Shown one piece after another: positions 24,801-38,937 of a stretch of DNA of 64,000 bases. Numbering within the stretch: the first letter of the stretch is position 1; the number at the start of each line of letters is the position of its first letter. Origin of the DNA: Octopus vulgaris (lineage: Eukaryota); assembly GCA_951406725.2 (NCBI GenBank), contig OX597822.1:45756001-45820000 (forward strand). Reading direction: 5' to 3'. The notes below the pieces were generated by a model. That model did not search any database. It worked only from the letters and a program-made list of their open reading frames with translations, and was not told the DNA's origin. A program made the position numbers and the translations under genes.

Positions 24801-25239
24801 GTCATGCCTGGCCGCATCCATCCCTCTGGCTGTCTGAAGCCATCAGTAATTAGATAGAGCTGTGATTTCCAATGTGGCTGGCGCATAGTAATATTTTGGT
24901 GAGGCATGCATTGGCTTATGTTGAATTTATACTTTTGGTCCACAATGTTTAGTATACTAATAGAGAAAGGGGGCAATTAAGGAATGAGTTATTAAAAAAA
25001 AAAATTCTTTGCATCCCTTCTGTGGACAGTTTATCACATTTTGGACTCTTTAGAGACAACAGGTCGTTTTCATCATATTTATAAGATCTGATGTCACTAA
25101 AGAGGGAATAGATTATTTCCTTGGATTTAGTGGTATGTGAAAAACATGTAGATAATCACAAACGCATGCGTGTATGTAGTATAGAACTGGTCAGTACTGA
25201 AAGCAAGGCCATCTTAATTCCCTATGGAGAAATAAACTG

Positions 25240-26191
25240 GAGATAGATTTATGTTTCAAAAAATCCGTAATTTGGCATGAATGCGAAGTACTTCATCTCA
25301 TCACTAATATGAGAGTGCAAAACTGTCTCAGCAATAATGATACCACCTCTCAAGCTCGACTTCTGTTTGGTTATTGCAAATTGGTGATAGAAGAATCCCC
25401 AATGTTCAAAGACCACTATATGATAATATAATAGAGATTCCTCAGCAACTTCAAGTCAACAGCAAGGAGGATTTGATCAACCATGTCTATGAAGATTTAG
25501 AGGTTAATTTTAACAATGCCCAATGGTTATCATCACAAGCAACATTAACAATAAAGAATGAAGAAGTTGACAGTCTAAATAACCCAGAATCCAGAAATTT
25601 CCAGGTGAGGCATATACTCTGAGGAGTATTGATTCCGTTGCAGAAGATCAATAATCTGCACTCTATCCTCCTGAATTTCTGAATTCTCTTAATATAAGTG
25701 GCATGTCACCTCACATTATCAAACTAAAAATGGATGTTTCTATAATGTTGCTAAGAAACTTAGATCATAGAAATGGGCACTGCAATGGCGCACGTTATAG
25801 AGTGTTATCGGTGTCAGATAATATGATCACTGCAAGTAAAATAACTGGTGTTGATGCAGGACGCACACTTTTGATTCCCTGCATTATTCTGCAACCATCT
25901 CATACCGATTTGCCCTTTACTTTAAAAAGACGCCAATTTCCAGTGAGACCTGCTTTCACGATGTCTATAAACAAAAGTCAAGGACAAAGGCTTTCTAAGT
26001 GCGGCATCTACATGCCTGCACCCGTATTTACTCACGGCCAGTTATATGTCGCTCTTAGTGGAGTTGGGGATCCTGTGAATCTTAAAATATTTGCTGATCA
26101 AAAAGAATTTACCAGATCAGGAACAAGTAGACGTCATAATAAAAATGTAAGAAGACTTACGAATAATGTTATCTACACGGAAATAGTGTAA
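25240..26191 (+). pseudogene. Helitron RepHel PIF1-type helicase C-terminal fragment, frameshifted
   Basis: HLITNMRV...WLLQIGD...YPPEFLNSLNISGMSPHIIKLK...IMLLRNLD...CNGAR...RRQFPVRPAFTMSINKSQGQ...VFTHGQLYVALS...NVIYTEI*. Confidence 0.9.
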
Positions 26192-26452
26192 ATATTGATA
26201 TTCTGCTTATGTAAAAAGTGCAGATTTGCTTAATATTTTCTTTGTTATTTTATTACTGATTTTGTAAAGTATTTACATAAAGAAGAATTTCTAAATGTAT
26301 TATCAAATTATATCTTTGGTGTATTTCTCAAGCAATAGTTGAATTAAATTGAAATGTTGTTCTAAACATAACATTGTTTTTTCCTTATTGGTGGGTCAAG
26401 TATATATATATATATATATATATATAGATTGAGAGAGAGAGAGAGGGATGTC

Positions 26453-26484
<32 letters not shown>

Positions 26485-27022
26485 GATAGATATAGATAGA
26501 TAGATATAGATAGATATATAGATATTGATAGATGGATATATAGATATAGATATATATATATATATAGATATATATATATAGATATGTGTATATAGATATA
26601 TATATAGATATGTGTATATAGATATAGATGTGTGTGTGTGTGCACGTGTATGTATACATGTATGTATAGGTATATGAGTACACCAGTGTATGTGGGTGGG
26701 TGTGCTTGCTTATGTGTATATATAAAAATGTAGGTAGGGGACCAAGTGTATGTTTGTGTATGTATAGATACATACATATGGATACATGTACATATGTGTG
26801 TGTGTATATGTATGTATGAATGTATGTATGCAAGTGTGTATGTATGTGTGTGTTTATATATATATATAATTATATATATATATATATAGAATGGTTGTAT
26901 ACTGTCAATCTAACAAGAACGTGACAGTAGGGGGTACACCGCCGTTGTATAGCCCTAGGAGGCATCAAACGCCTCCCGACAGCTTCGACACATTTTTTCC
27001 CTGTGTCCTTATATACATATAC

Positions 27023-27070
<48 letters not shown>

Positions 27071-27159
27071 GGAGAATTCACAAAAAAAACAAAAGACGAA
27101 GACAGGTGGTGTAGACAACAAATAGATGTATTAGTATGACACTCTGGAAGTGAAAAAGT

Positions 27160-27195
27160 CTTTAATGTTTCAAGCCTACGGTCTTCCACAGAAAG
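27160..27195 (-). ncRNA. Degenerate minimal hammerhead-like motif in a (TA)n-flanked repeat (about 27070-27280)
   Basis: CTTT-CTGTGGA-agaccgtaggctt-GAAA-ca-TT-AAAG; stem I intact, core and stems II/III altered. Confidence 0.4.
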
Positions 27196-27384
27196 GAACA
27201 CAGAAAGAAGCAGGGAGAGAAAATAAAGAATGTGTAGTGGCTAGCGATCTATCATGGCGAAGGCCGGACAGAAGGCATAGGGGTGTGTGATAGGGGCACA
27301 AGTGTGTGAATATGTATGTACAGATTCATATATATGGATACACATACATATTTGTGTGTATGTGCATACACACATCCTGATCTA

Positions 27385-28622
27385 AGCTACTGACATTACA
27401 CAGCAGTGGATCATACTAGCATCATTTCTTTCAAGCCTACACATGTCCTCAACATTCATGGCCCATGTTTCATTGCCGTAAAGCATGTCAGTTTACACAC
27501 ATGCATCATATAGTCTACCTTTCACCCTGAGCGAGAGGCCCTTAGTTGCCAGCAGAGGTAGGAGCTCCCTGAACTTTGCTCAGGCTATTCTTACTCTAGC
27601 CACTACACTCTCAGAGCAACCACCCCCACTACAGACTTGGTTACCTAGGTAGCAGAAGCTATTAACTACTAGTTTCTTCCCCTGGCATGTGATGGAATCT
27701 GTTTTCTGTACATCTTCAGTGTTTGTTGTTCCTGTGCATCTACCACACACAAATTAACCTTCCTTTGATATTGCTGCACCTTTATGTGTCCAAAGCTTAC
27801 ACTGGGTGCATCTTATGGTGTTTCTATCCACACCTTTTCTACAGATTGGACAAGGTCATCTACCTGAAGTGGGTTGTGATTTGACAGTGTTCCTACTTAC
27901 TAAGACTTTGGTTTTGGCTAGGTTAACCCTAAGGCCCTTTCATTCTAGATCTTGCTTCCACACCCTAAACTTCGTCTCTAGTTCTGACAGTAACTTGGCT
28001 ATTAGAGCAAGGTCATCAGCATAGAGGAACTCTCAGGGGCAACCTGTCTTGAATTCCTCTGTTATTGCCTGGAGGACTATAGTGAATAAGAGGGGGCTAA
28101 GGACTGATCCTTGGTGAACCCCTACTTCTACTTGGAATTCTTCACTATACTTCTTGCCAACCCTCACCTTATTGACAGCGTCCATGTACTGGGCTGTACA
28201 ACTTTTACCAGCCACTTGTCTATCTCCAGTTTCCGCATTGACCACCAGTTAAGGGATCAGGGGACCCTGTCAAAGGCTGTCTCCTAGTCAACAAAAGCCA
28301 AGTACAAAGTTTTATCTTTGGATAGGTATTTCTCCTGCAGCTTCCATACCAGAAATATAGCATCAGTGGTGCTTCTGCCTGACACACAACCAAATTGCAT
28401 TTCATCTAGGCTAACTCTTTCCTTAGTTAGTTGGGCTATGACCCTCTCTGTAACTTTCATCACCTGATCCAATTATTTGATACCCCTGTAATTATTTCTA
28501 TCTAAAACATCATCTTTCTCCTTGTAGTAGTTGTCATTGTGTATGACTCCTTCATGAACTACCTCATTTATGATGCAGGTGACAAGACCATAACCCACGC
28601 CGCCTGATATTTTAAGCATCCC
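27385..28622 (-). pseudogene. RTE LINE reverse transcriptase fragment, decayed
   Basis: NNYRGIK...MQFG...STTDAIF...LYLAFVD...VGVHQGSVLSPLLF...YADDL; same family as 59067-61050. Confidence 0.9.
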
Positions 28623-28699
28623 AGGAAAACAGCTTGTCTTATGTACATGTTTCATTAAATACATGACAAGTACTTTTGACTGTATACTTGTGCCTCCAT

Positions 28700-29653
28700 G
28701 AGTAAGATCAGGATATGTGATATTCATACAATAATTAAAATTTAATTTGTATCAAATGGAGATCGATGAGTCCTACAAAACAAGAAAGAGTACTAGACAT
28801 ATATGGCTAGAGTTCAAGAAAATCTGTGTTGCAAGCAAGTTGTAGGATAGAAATTTCCAAATCAAGAATCTGTTTGAATTACTATCATTAAAAAAGTTAC
28901 ATTCCAGAATAGTCCATGTTCTCAATAAAGATGATTCTAACCAAAGAGCAGAGTTCTGTAAGTGATATTTGGCAAGATGTGTAGAAACAGCACACTTTCT
29001 AACAGAAAGTGTTTGGAGTGGTGAGGCTAGATATAAATTAAATAGTTCAACTATCCACCACCATTGCACTTACTGGGGACTTGAGAATCTGCATGTTATG
29101 GAGGGACGTTATGTTAATTTACCAGTAGTTACAATATGGTACAGCTTATTGCCACAAGGATTAACTGAACCATTCTTTTTCAACCATTCTATGACTGGTC
29201 CTATTTACTTGAGATTGCTGTGACAATCTGTCATACCAAGCATTCAAGAGGATTTTGAAGATGTGGAGTTTTAGTTCCAACCATAATAATGTTAGGGCCT
29301 ATCTTGATGAGATTTTCTCTCATCAACTGGTGTCTTAGACGAAAAGGTTTAAGAGGTTACCCTCTGCCCAAACTAGTCCTCACACCACTAGACTTATGGG
29401 AATGCTTAAAAGATAAAGCCATTTAACAAGAATGCATGCAAATACTGAACAAAATGTTTCTTAATATTTGCAATTCCATTGTCACATTATCAGCAGTACT
29501 TTAACTAGAACAGTAATCAATTTGAAAATAGGCATTCATAAAAAAATTACATTCAGTCTGTAGATTCTATTAAATTTTGCAAAATGTAATGTATTTTAAT
29601 TAACACTGACCTTATCATTCAATGTGTGTATACATTTTTTGGAGGACACCCTG
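28700..29653 (+). mobile_element. Decayed Tc1/mariner-superfamily transposon, right part
   Basis: Peptide VWSGEARYKLN...HHCTYWGLEN...PFFFNHSMTGPIYLRLL; ends ...TTTTTTGGAGGACACCCTG-TA. Confidence 0.7.
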
Positions 29654-29715
29654 TATGTAATATATATATATGTGTGTGTGCCTATGTTTTTACATACATA
29701 TTATATATGTATTTC

Positions 29716-29764
<49 letters not shown>

Positions 29765-31152
29765 GTACACACACACACATATGTTTAGTTTTTGTGCACT
29801 CTCAGTAATTATATAGTAAGTCAGATTAAAGTGAAATTGTACTGTTTAAGTTCGCGTGTACCCGAATACTTATAGCTGCTGGCACAATTTTAAGCTTACC
29901 AACTCACTAAACCCCATCAGTAGAAACCCTTTCAATGTATTTTTCACTTATTTTCTAAGACAATTATTATTTCTCATTGATATGTAATCCCTTTGTGCCT
30001 GTGTCCATTCCTGGTCAATTTATACCCCAACCACTAATGATGTCAACAAGTGATCTATCTGTCTGTCTGTCTGTCTATCTGCCTGTCTGTCTATCCATCC
30101 ATTTATCCATCTATCTATCTAATCTATCCATCAATCCATCCCTCCATCCATCCATCCATCAATCCATCTCTCTCTGGCTGGTTGCAGACATGGCAGTGTG
30201 GTTGAGAAACTTGACTTCCCAACCATATGCTTTTGAGTTCAGTCCCACCATGTGGCACCTTGGAGGGTTTTCTATGATAGCCCCAGGCCAACTAAAGCCC
30301 TGTAAATGGATTTGGTAGACAAAACAAAGAAACCTCTGTGTGTGTGTGTGTTTGTGTGTGTATTTGTCTTGGCATCATGTGGTAGTTGTAAATGAATGGA
30401 TAAATGTCTTCTATGTCCAATATTCTACAAAAACTTGCCTTACTTGGAGGCAGGTAAGGATTGGCAACAGGAAGAGCATCCTGGCACAGAAAAGTCTGCC
30501 TCAATAAACTTTGTATGACCCATGCAAGCATAGAGAAACATCAACCATAATAGTAACAACAGTTTCAAATTTTGACACCAGGCCAGCATTCAACTGGTAC
30601 TTATTTTATTGACCCCAAGAAGATGAAAGGCAAAATTGACTCTGGTGAGACTTGAACTCAGAACATTAAGTTGGATGAAATGCCATTGAACATTTTGCCT
30701 GGCATGTTTACAATTCTGCCACACTGCCACCTTAATAATAGTGTGTGTGTGTGTGTGTGTCTTTTTTACTTATTTAAGTCATTTGACTGCAGCCCTAGGA
30801 CTTTTTTTGTTTTTTGAGCCTAGTATTTATTCTATCAGTCTCTTCTGCTGAACCACTAAGTTACGGGGATGTAAACAAACACTAGTTGTTATGCACAGAT
30901 GAGGGACAAACACACACACACACACACACAGGCATACAAAACATTGATCATAGAACAAACATCAAATTCGAGTCAACGACTTTATATATAACACCACACT
31001 TGCAAACAAGTTTGACTTGATTTTGTGGACTCCTGATCTCCAACCTTTAACATACTCCTTTGTTTGAGGAGAGTAAGAACATTTTTTTAGTCGATAGATA
31101 TTTTAGTTTCTTTACATTTTTAGTCATACGACATGCTTTAGAATTTTTAGTC

Positions 31153-31196
<44 letters not shown>

Positions 31197-32024
31197 TGAG
31201 GCAAGTGAAAATCAAATCAAAACAAATCAAAATAGATGAACATCAATGGAATTTGTATCTTTGAGGTACCAGTGCCGGTGGCACGTGGCACACAAGGAAA
31301 CCATCCGAACGTGGCCGTAGCCAGTACCGCATCGACTTGCCTCCGTGCTGTGGGCACGTAACAAGCACCTTCCGATCATGGCCGTTTGCCAGCCTCATCT
31401 GGCACCTGTGTCGGTGGCACATAAAAACACCATCCGAGCGTGGCCGTCTGCCAGCCTCGTCTGGCAGCTGTGTCGGTGGCACATAAAAAACACCATCCGA
31501 GCGTGGCCGTTTGCCAGCCTCGTCTGGCACCTGTGTCGGTGGCACATAAAATCACCCACTACACTCTCGGAGTGGTTGGCGTTAGGAAGGGCATCCAGCT
31601 GTAGAAACACTGCCAGATCTGACTGGACTGGTGCAGCTTTCGGGCTCCCCAGACCCCAGTTGAACCGTCCAACCCATGCTAGCATGGAAAGCGGACGTTA
31701 AATGATGATGATGATAATAGAAATATGTTTCGAAAAGAAAATAGAGACTACACGTGGAAAAGATATGGAGAAAGTAAGAAGAAAAAGAGCAAAAATGCAC
31801 ATTGAATATCAAAAAAAAAAAAAAAGAGGCTTTTTTTACGAAAAGTAGCAATAAATACAATTAGATGAACAGAGGTAGAATTAAGAGGAATTAAATTCAT
31901 TATTTTGATTTGTTAAAGAGATTCAAAGTCAAACCGGTGTCATCATGGCTGTTCACTGTGTATATATATATACTGAAAGAAATGAGGCAATCAGAAATTT
32001 GGATAATTCTTTATTAGTACTTTT

Positions 32025-32103
32025 GGTTAAAACAGAACGTTTCGTTGTTCCTTTGTATGAATCGGTTTCATATAAAACAATAATGAAACGTTCTGTTTTT
32101 ACC
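32025..32103 (+). other. 79-nt hairpin (37-bp stem, 3 mismatches, 3 G-U pairs, 5-nt loop)
   Basis: GGTTAAAACAGAACGTTTCGTTGTTCCTTTGTATGAA-tcggt-TTCATATAAAACAATAATGAAACGTTCTGTTTTTACC. Confidence 0.8.
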
Positions 32104-32648
32104 ATTTTGGACCCTCTTTTGTGGGTCCATTTGTGTCGATTTGGTTAACGTCGCTGTAACAGCAGCAGTATCACCAGCAAAAGTTATCCTGTCTTTTAGT
32201 CAAAGAGAAACCAGCAAGAAGTAGGAAAATAAAAATGATATTCAATCTTCTCCCTCGGTCTCAGTTTTTTTCTGCACCTGCATCACTATTAATCGCCACA
32301 ACCACCACCATCACCACTGTCGTTATCATCCCCACCATCAGTATCATCACCCCTATCGTTATCATCATTACAATTATTACCACTACTACCATCATTACGA
32401 CCACCCCTATCCTTACCACAACCGCTATTCCACCATTATTAGCATCACCACCACCACCACAATCGTCATCATCACTTATCTCCCCAACACTCCCTCTGCA
32501 GCAGTAATAGTCATTAGACTTAATTTTAATTAAGCAAATGTGATACACACACACACACACACACATATATATACATACACTCATACATATATATGCATAT
32601 ATACATATACATACATATATCCATATATATGTGCATATATATATACAT

Positions 32649-32720
<72 letters not shown>

Positions 32721-32739
32721 TTATTTATTATATAGAAGG

Positions 32740-32790
32740 AGCTTCTACAGGACTAGTACTGTTTCATTCAAGAGAAATCTTCAGGAAGCT
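32740..32790 (-). ncRNA. Type I hammerhead, intact core
   Basis: AGCTTC-CTGAAGA-tTTCtcttGAAt-GAAA-CAGtactagtcCTG-TA-GAAGCT; 6-bp stem I, GUA triplet. Confidence 0.85.
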
Positions 32791-33084
32791 ATTTAACAAG
32801 AATTGTATTAGCATTTATACATTTAGGCAGGTTTAAAGGAGTGGTGGTGGGGGACTTTTTTGGGGGTAGGCATAGCGCAAAATATCATACTTGGGGGAGT
32901 GGTCAAGGAGTCAGTGGTAAGTTAGATGAAAGAATAGATAAATAAAAAAATAAAAAAATTAAAAAATAAAAAAATAAAATAATAAAAAAATAAAAAAATA
33001 TATATAAAAAATATATATATAAAAAAAATATATGTAAAAAAAGGGGGGATAGAGTTATAGGTAAATAAGGAGATTCTCACTTAT

Positions 33085-33128
33085 ACCTATACACATATGT
33101 ATACGTATCTACACACATATATATACAC

Positions 33129-33160
<32 letters not shown>

Positions 33161-33591
33161 ATATATACACATATACATACATATCTACATACACACATAC
33201 ATACACCCGCCCACATATACAAATTTATACACATGCACATGCATATACCTGTCTACACATACACACACGTATATATGCATACACTCACTCCCATGCATGC
33301 ACGCATACACACATGTATATATATACCCACGACCACACATACATATATACACAGAAAAATATATATTCTTACGCACATACACTCATGCACACACAACACA
33401 CCTAGTTCCCTATATACACATATTTACACCTATATATACATACACCCACATACACATATGTACATATATATATATATATATATATACATACACACGCATA
33501 CATATATATACATGCGTGCACATACATACATATACACATATACATACACATACACATACACATGTGTACCTATACATACCTACACATACAC

Positions 33592-33634
<43 letters not shown>

Positions 33635-34033
33635 CCAATACAATACAATACAGGCCCATTCCCTAATTTTAATTTTATTATCTTCATTTATTACTTTTGT
33701 TATCTTTGATCGCTAGAGCTAAGGATCCTGGCTATGGCAGCATGTCCATTTGTCTGTCTACTAGAAGGCAAGTACTCATTCCCGCACGCACACTCATTAG
33801 CACGTACATTCACCCATTCGTACACTCATACACATACACGTACGCACGCGTTATATTCATACATACAAACATCTACATACGTTCACGTATATACACATAC
33901 GTACTCGTACCTACAGATTCGTGTCTACACTTTAGGAGGCTAGTCTATACATATACACCAATAAATATACATATATATATATATACACATATACATACAC
34001 ACACACACATATACTCCTACATACAGATACATA

Positions 34034-34079
<46 letters not shown>

Positions 34080-34803
34080 CATACACATACACACATATAT
34101 ATACACACACATACATACACATATATATACATACACAAACATATATACACACATATATATATATATATACACACATACACACACATACATACATATACAC
34201 ACAAACACATACATACGTATACATACATACATACATCCATACATCCATACTTACATGCATTTATACGCATACACACACCCCCATCTATATATATATATAT
34301 ATATATACACACTCACACATACATATACAAATATACGCACACACATACATACATACACGTATACACATACACGCACATACACATATACATGCGTACCCAT
34401 ACACGTGCACACACGCACGTGCATCCATATATATACACACACACACATATATACACGTGTGCAAGCATACATACATACTCATACACGCACACATACTTAC
34501 ATATACATATATGCACACACTTACACACATATATACATACACATATACATGCATACATACATATATGCATACATACACATACACGCACATACACATATAC
34601 ATGCGTACCCATACACGTGCACACACGCACGCGCATCCATATATATACACACACACACATATATACACGTGTGCAAGCATACATACATACTCATACACGC
34701 ACACATACTTACATATACATATATGCACACACTTACACACATATATACATACACATATACATGCATACATACATATATGCATACATACACACACGCGCAC
34801 TCA

Positions 34804-34840
<37 letters not shown>

Positions 34841-35078
34841 ATATACACATACACATACATACACATATACACATACATACACATACACATACATACATAT
34901 ATATATATACACATATACACATACATATATACACATATACATACATATACATACACACACACATACATATATACATATATATACACACACACACATATAC
35001 ACATGCATATACTTATATCTCTACATACTCACATATAAACATATATACATATATACACACATATATATACATGTACAT

Positions 35079-35144
<66 letters not shown>

Positions 35145-35460
35145 GCACACACACATACATATACACATATACATGTATACATACGCAATAATGATACACA
35201 TATATACACATACACACACACAGACAGATGCATATACATACATATATATATAAATTACATATCTATATAAATACATACATAATACACATATACACACACA
35301 TATATACATGCATATACATATACAAATATACATACACATACATACACACACACGCGCACACATACATATACACACACACATATACAAATACATACATACA
35401 CACATACACACACACACATATATACATACATGTACACATATACATATATATATATATCAA
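33085..35460. repeat. Compound AC/AT low-complexity tract with a 212-bp tandem duplication
   Basis: GCGTACCCATACACGTGC recurs at 34391 and 34603. Confidence 0.9.
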
Positions 35461-36038
35461 CAAGGGAGGGTAAAGTTAATTAGTTATTAATCAATTTCAC
35501 CAAGTATTCAGTATGTAAAGGGACCATTATTATTTTGAGTAAACAATGTTAGAGGGAAAAAAATTCTCTAAGTAGTGGAAGAGGCTAAAAAACTTTATTG
35601 GCTGCTATTTCTAGAAAGTTTAGTATGTGGCAAAGTAATTTATTTTATTTTACTAAGCCCTAATTATATAATATTTTATACATACATACACATACATAAA
35701 CACATACATTTACACATACATATGCATATACGTATATACACATATACATACAAACACATATACATATATACACACACACACACATACAAGCACATACATA
35801 TATATATATATATATACATATATGCAAATATATATACATATATATATTTTTTTTACATGCATACATACACACACACACACATAATACATGCGTATATTCC
35901 TACTGTACCCATGCATTTCTATACATATATACATACATACGATACACATATACAAGCGTGCACATACAATATGTGAAAGGTCTTAGGAGAAAAGGTAATC
36001 GGGGGTGCTAGGGGAACAGTGGGGTAGGGGGGTTGTCA

Positions 36039-37779
36039 TCAATCAGGTTGCCGGGTAGGTCTATAGTTCTTGTAGTTCGCATACTTCTTATGCATGCAAT
36101 TTGGGGAGTGTTCTGAAAATTTGTTAAGGAGAGGGCCTTTGGCGAACAAGATCTCTAGGCTCTCTGATATGCATAGGTCACAGCAGGTATGTCCTCCTGT
36201 GTACGAGCGCGCCTTCTGTAGTAGTTTCCACTTGGTCTTGAAGGGGATTGAGTTCCTTTTAAGGTACCAGATGTGGGCGGCGAGGGTAGTTTGGTTGGAT
36301 TTATCCTGTCGCCGGAACGAGTGTGTGTGTGCGTACCAGCGGGTCTTAAAGCTGTTTGACGTCATTCCAATGTAGGATTTACTTTTATCGTCAAGGCCTG
36401 ATCTTACCTCGCATTTATATACTAGGTCCCTCTGTAGGCAGTTGTTGTTGAGGGGGCAGGTGGTTTTATCATGGCAGTTGCAACTGCTATCGGACGTTGG
36501 ATGGGCCCCGGAGAAAGTAGATATGTTAAGTTTTTTCACATTGTTGTTGGCTAGGTTCCTGGCTAGATTGGGCGTGGTAGAGTAGGAGAGTCTAATAGTG
36601 TTCTTATTTAGGATAGTGTAGTACTTATGTTGGGTGGGGAAGTGTTTCTGTAGGAGAGTGAAAAAGATCTTAGCTACAGGTGTAGCGACCTCACGGTTGA
36701 AGGGGGGTTGTACCAGCTAATGTGTCTTCGTCTATTTTTCCTGGGTTGGCGTGGGGCTATACTAGTGTAGGTAATCTTATCTTTAAAACCACTGCGGGCC
36801 AGGGCCTCGTTGTAATAGGGGGCTGCGGCCTTAAAGATATCTTCCGTGGCGGACAGGCTAGAGATTCTAATTGAGACACTTTTTACTAGGTTATCTAATA
36901 TATTTTTGGGGTGGTTGGAATTGATATCTATATATCTAAGGGATTCATTTGGTTTGTGGTACGGGTAATAAAGTGAGGTTTTTAAGTCGAGGGTGACATC
37001 GAGGAAGTTAGCCTTTGTTAAGTTGGATTCTAGGGTAATCCTAAGGCCTAAGTTTTTAAAGAAGGTGTGAAGATTTTTCCGGAACCCATCCGTGGTCCTG
37101 GGGTTTATATTGTGGAGGGCGAAAAGGTCGTCATCTCGGTAAAGACCACCGGAGAGGCCTGTGAATAGGGTTTTCAGCCTATGGAGGATGAAAAGGCCCA
37201 CTAGGTCACTTATTTCAGCAGAGTCGTTAGCACCCATGCTGACGTCGAAGGGGGTCACAGATTTTTTGTTGATCCAGTGGGATCCATCATAGAAAAGAAA
37301 AGTCTTACGTGCGTGGAGGATCACATCTTGCTCGGCCTCGGTGATGGTGGAGGACCTCCTGGCGAAGTTAATCGCATCGATCAGCAAGCTCTCCGATATA
37401 GAGGCGTAGTAATTCTCGATATCCAGTTGTAGGAATCGGGTGTTGCTTTTATCTGGTAAATCCCGGAACCAGGTTATTGCCTCGGAGGTCCTATTCCAGA
37501 GTGGAAGGGGTGAAGCTTCACGCATTTTTGGTAAAATCCTGTCCAGGATCTTCTTGCTGACGGATCCGATGTCAGACTTGGTTGGGTTAATCAAACGGAC
37601 CGACGGTTTATTTTCGAAATGGTCTTTGTGGTCTTTCAGGGTGAAGTGTGGGGACTTCACCCTCAGGGGTTCTGTTCGGTCGTCGATTTTAAGGGAGGTG
37701 GCAATCTCTTTCCCGGCCAAGTTGGTTTCAGTTAGCGCTGCGTCGTCTACTTTCTTGTATTTAGCTGTGATGGCGTTAT

Positions 37780-37783
<4 letters not shown>
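36039..37783 (-). pseudogene. PLE reverse transcriptase-GIY-YIG ORF, one frameshift near 36702
   Basis: TLKDHK...VRLINP...QLDIENYY...VSMGA...LYRDDDL...NFLDVTL...YHKPN...SNHP...WYNPP / FNREV...VYKCEV...SYIGMT...CDLCISE; the frameshift lies in a G6 run. Confidence 0.95.
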
Positions 37784-37842
<59 letters not shown>

Positions 37843-38937
37843 CATAAAAATAGACTGATTGGTTTGTGTTTAATTAAGTAGGATAACAGAACAAGTATAT
37901 GTCTGTCTTGTTGTTGTTGTTGTTGTCGGCTTGGTTCTTTGATTTGGGTTATTATTTTGCTGTAATTACTGACCCAGGGTGTTAGAGAATGCCTGGCTGT
38001 TGGAATAGAATCTTGTTATAATGGAATGAGCCAATGGAGTGGAAGGGTGAGGGGCAGTAAGTCACTGTTTATTGCCTGCGACAGTAATGTTTTTTTCCTT
38101 ATCATTACCCCCACCCCATCTACATCCTCTTCCTCAGAGCTGCTGAGAAATTGTTTTAGGAGGGGGGGGGGGTAACAAGTCAGTGTGGGGGTGGGGGGTT
38201 ACGCCTACAGCAAGTCTTTCTTTCATTTTATTCGACTAATTTCAATTGGGTTATTTTGTATATAGTTTCCTGTCTCTCGTACATATTATTTTGTTGTTTC
38301 TTCTAAGATGAAATACAGTGCCAACATTAACAAGCCGAGATAAATTCCTTCATTTCAGTCAGACATTATTATAGTAAAGTAGTACTCTATGCTGACATAA
38401 CCCTCTCCCCTCACACAGACACATACACAAGTGTGTTTATAAGGGTCCTATCTTGCATGACCCCTACACCCTCTCACCTGAAGCCACAGGATAGCAAAGT
38501 GAGTTCCTTAATTAAGCAGCCAATCCTGGTGGCACACAATAAGCACCATTCATGCATGGGTTGTTGCCAGGGCCACCTGACTGGCTCCCATGCCAGTGGC
38601 AAGTAAAAAGCACCTACTACACTTTCTGAGTGTTTAGCATTAGGAAGGGCATCCAGCTCTAGAAACATTGCCAGATCTGATTAGAGCCTAGTTCGGCCTC
38701 CTGGCTTGCCAGTCCCCAGTCAAACCGTCCAACCCATGAAACCCATTGAAAGCGGACATTAAACGATAATAATGATGATGATGATCCCTGTGTCTGTGAT
38801 CTAAATATCTAACTTCTACCTTTCACTTTAATGTTTCTTTCTTTAAAGAGAGTGTTTCTGTTCTGCTCGTATTTCTTTATGACATTTACAAGTTTCTTTT
38901 TGCTTGATTCTCAGAAATCATTTAGTCCCACTGTTGT

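Larger units (their letters stand above)
32721..37783 (-). mobile_element. 5'-truncated Penelope-like element with probable 3.3-kb microsatellite-rich 3' UTR and terminal HHR
   Basis: RT plus GIY-YIG on the minus strand, a co-oriented HHR at 32740-32790, and (TA)n at both ends. Continuity across 32800-36038 is inferred. Confidence 0.7.

Noticed and set aside
24458-24976. 172-aa minus-strand ORF
   Set aside because: No recognisable motif or splice signals, and it includes simple repeats.
31265-31560. CRISPR-like periodic repeats
   Set aside because: Whole units repeat with no unique spacers; eukaryotic context; no cas genes.
32261-32507. Hydrophobic V/I/M-rich or T/I/P-rich ORFs
   Set aside because: Degenerate (CAT/CAC)n trinucleotide tract.
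33697-35270. 518-aa and other long His/Thr/Tyr/Ile-rich ORFs
   Set aside because: Translations of AC/AT simple repeats that lack stop codons; open in many frames on both strands.
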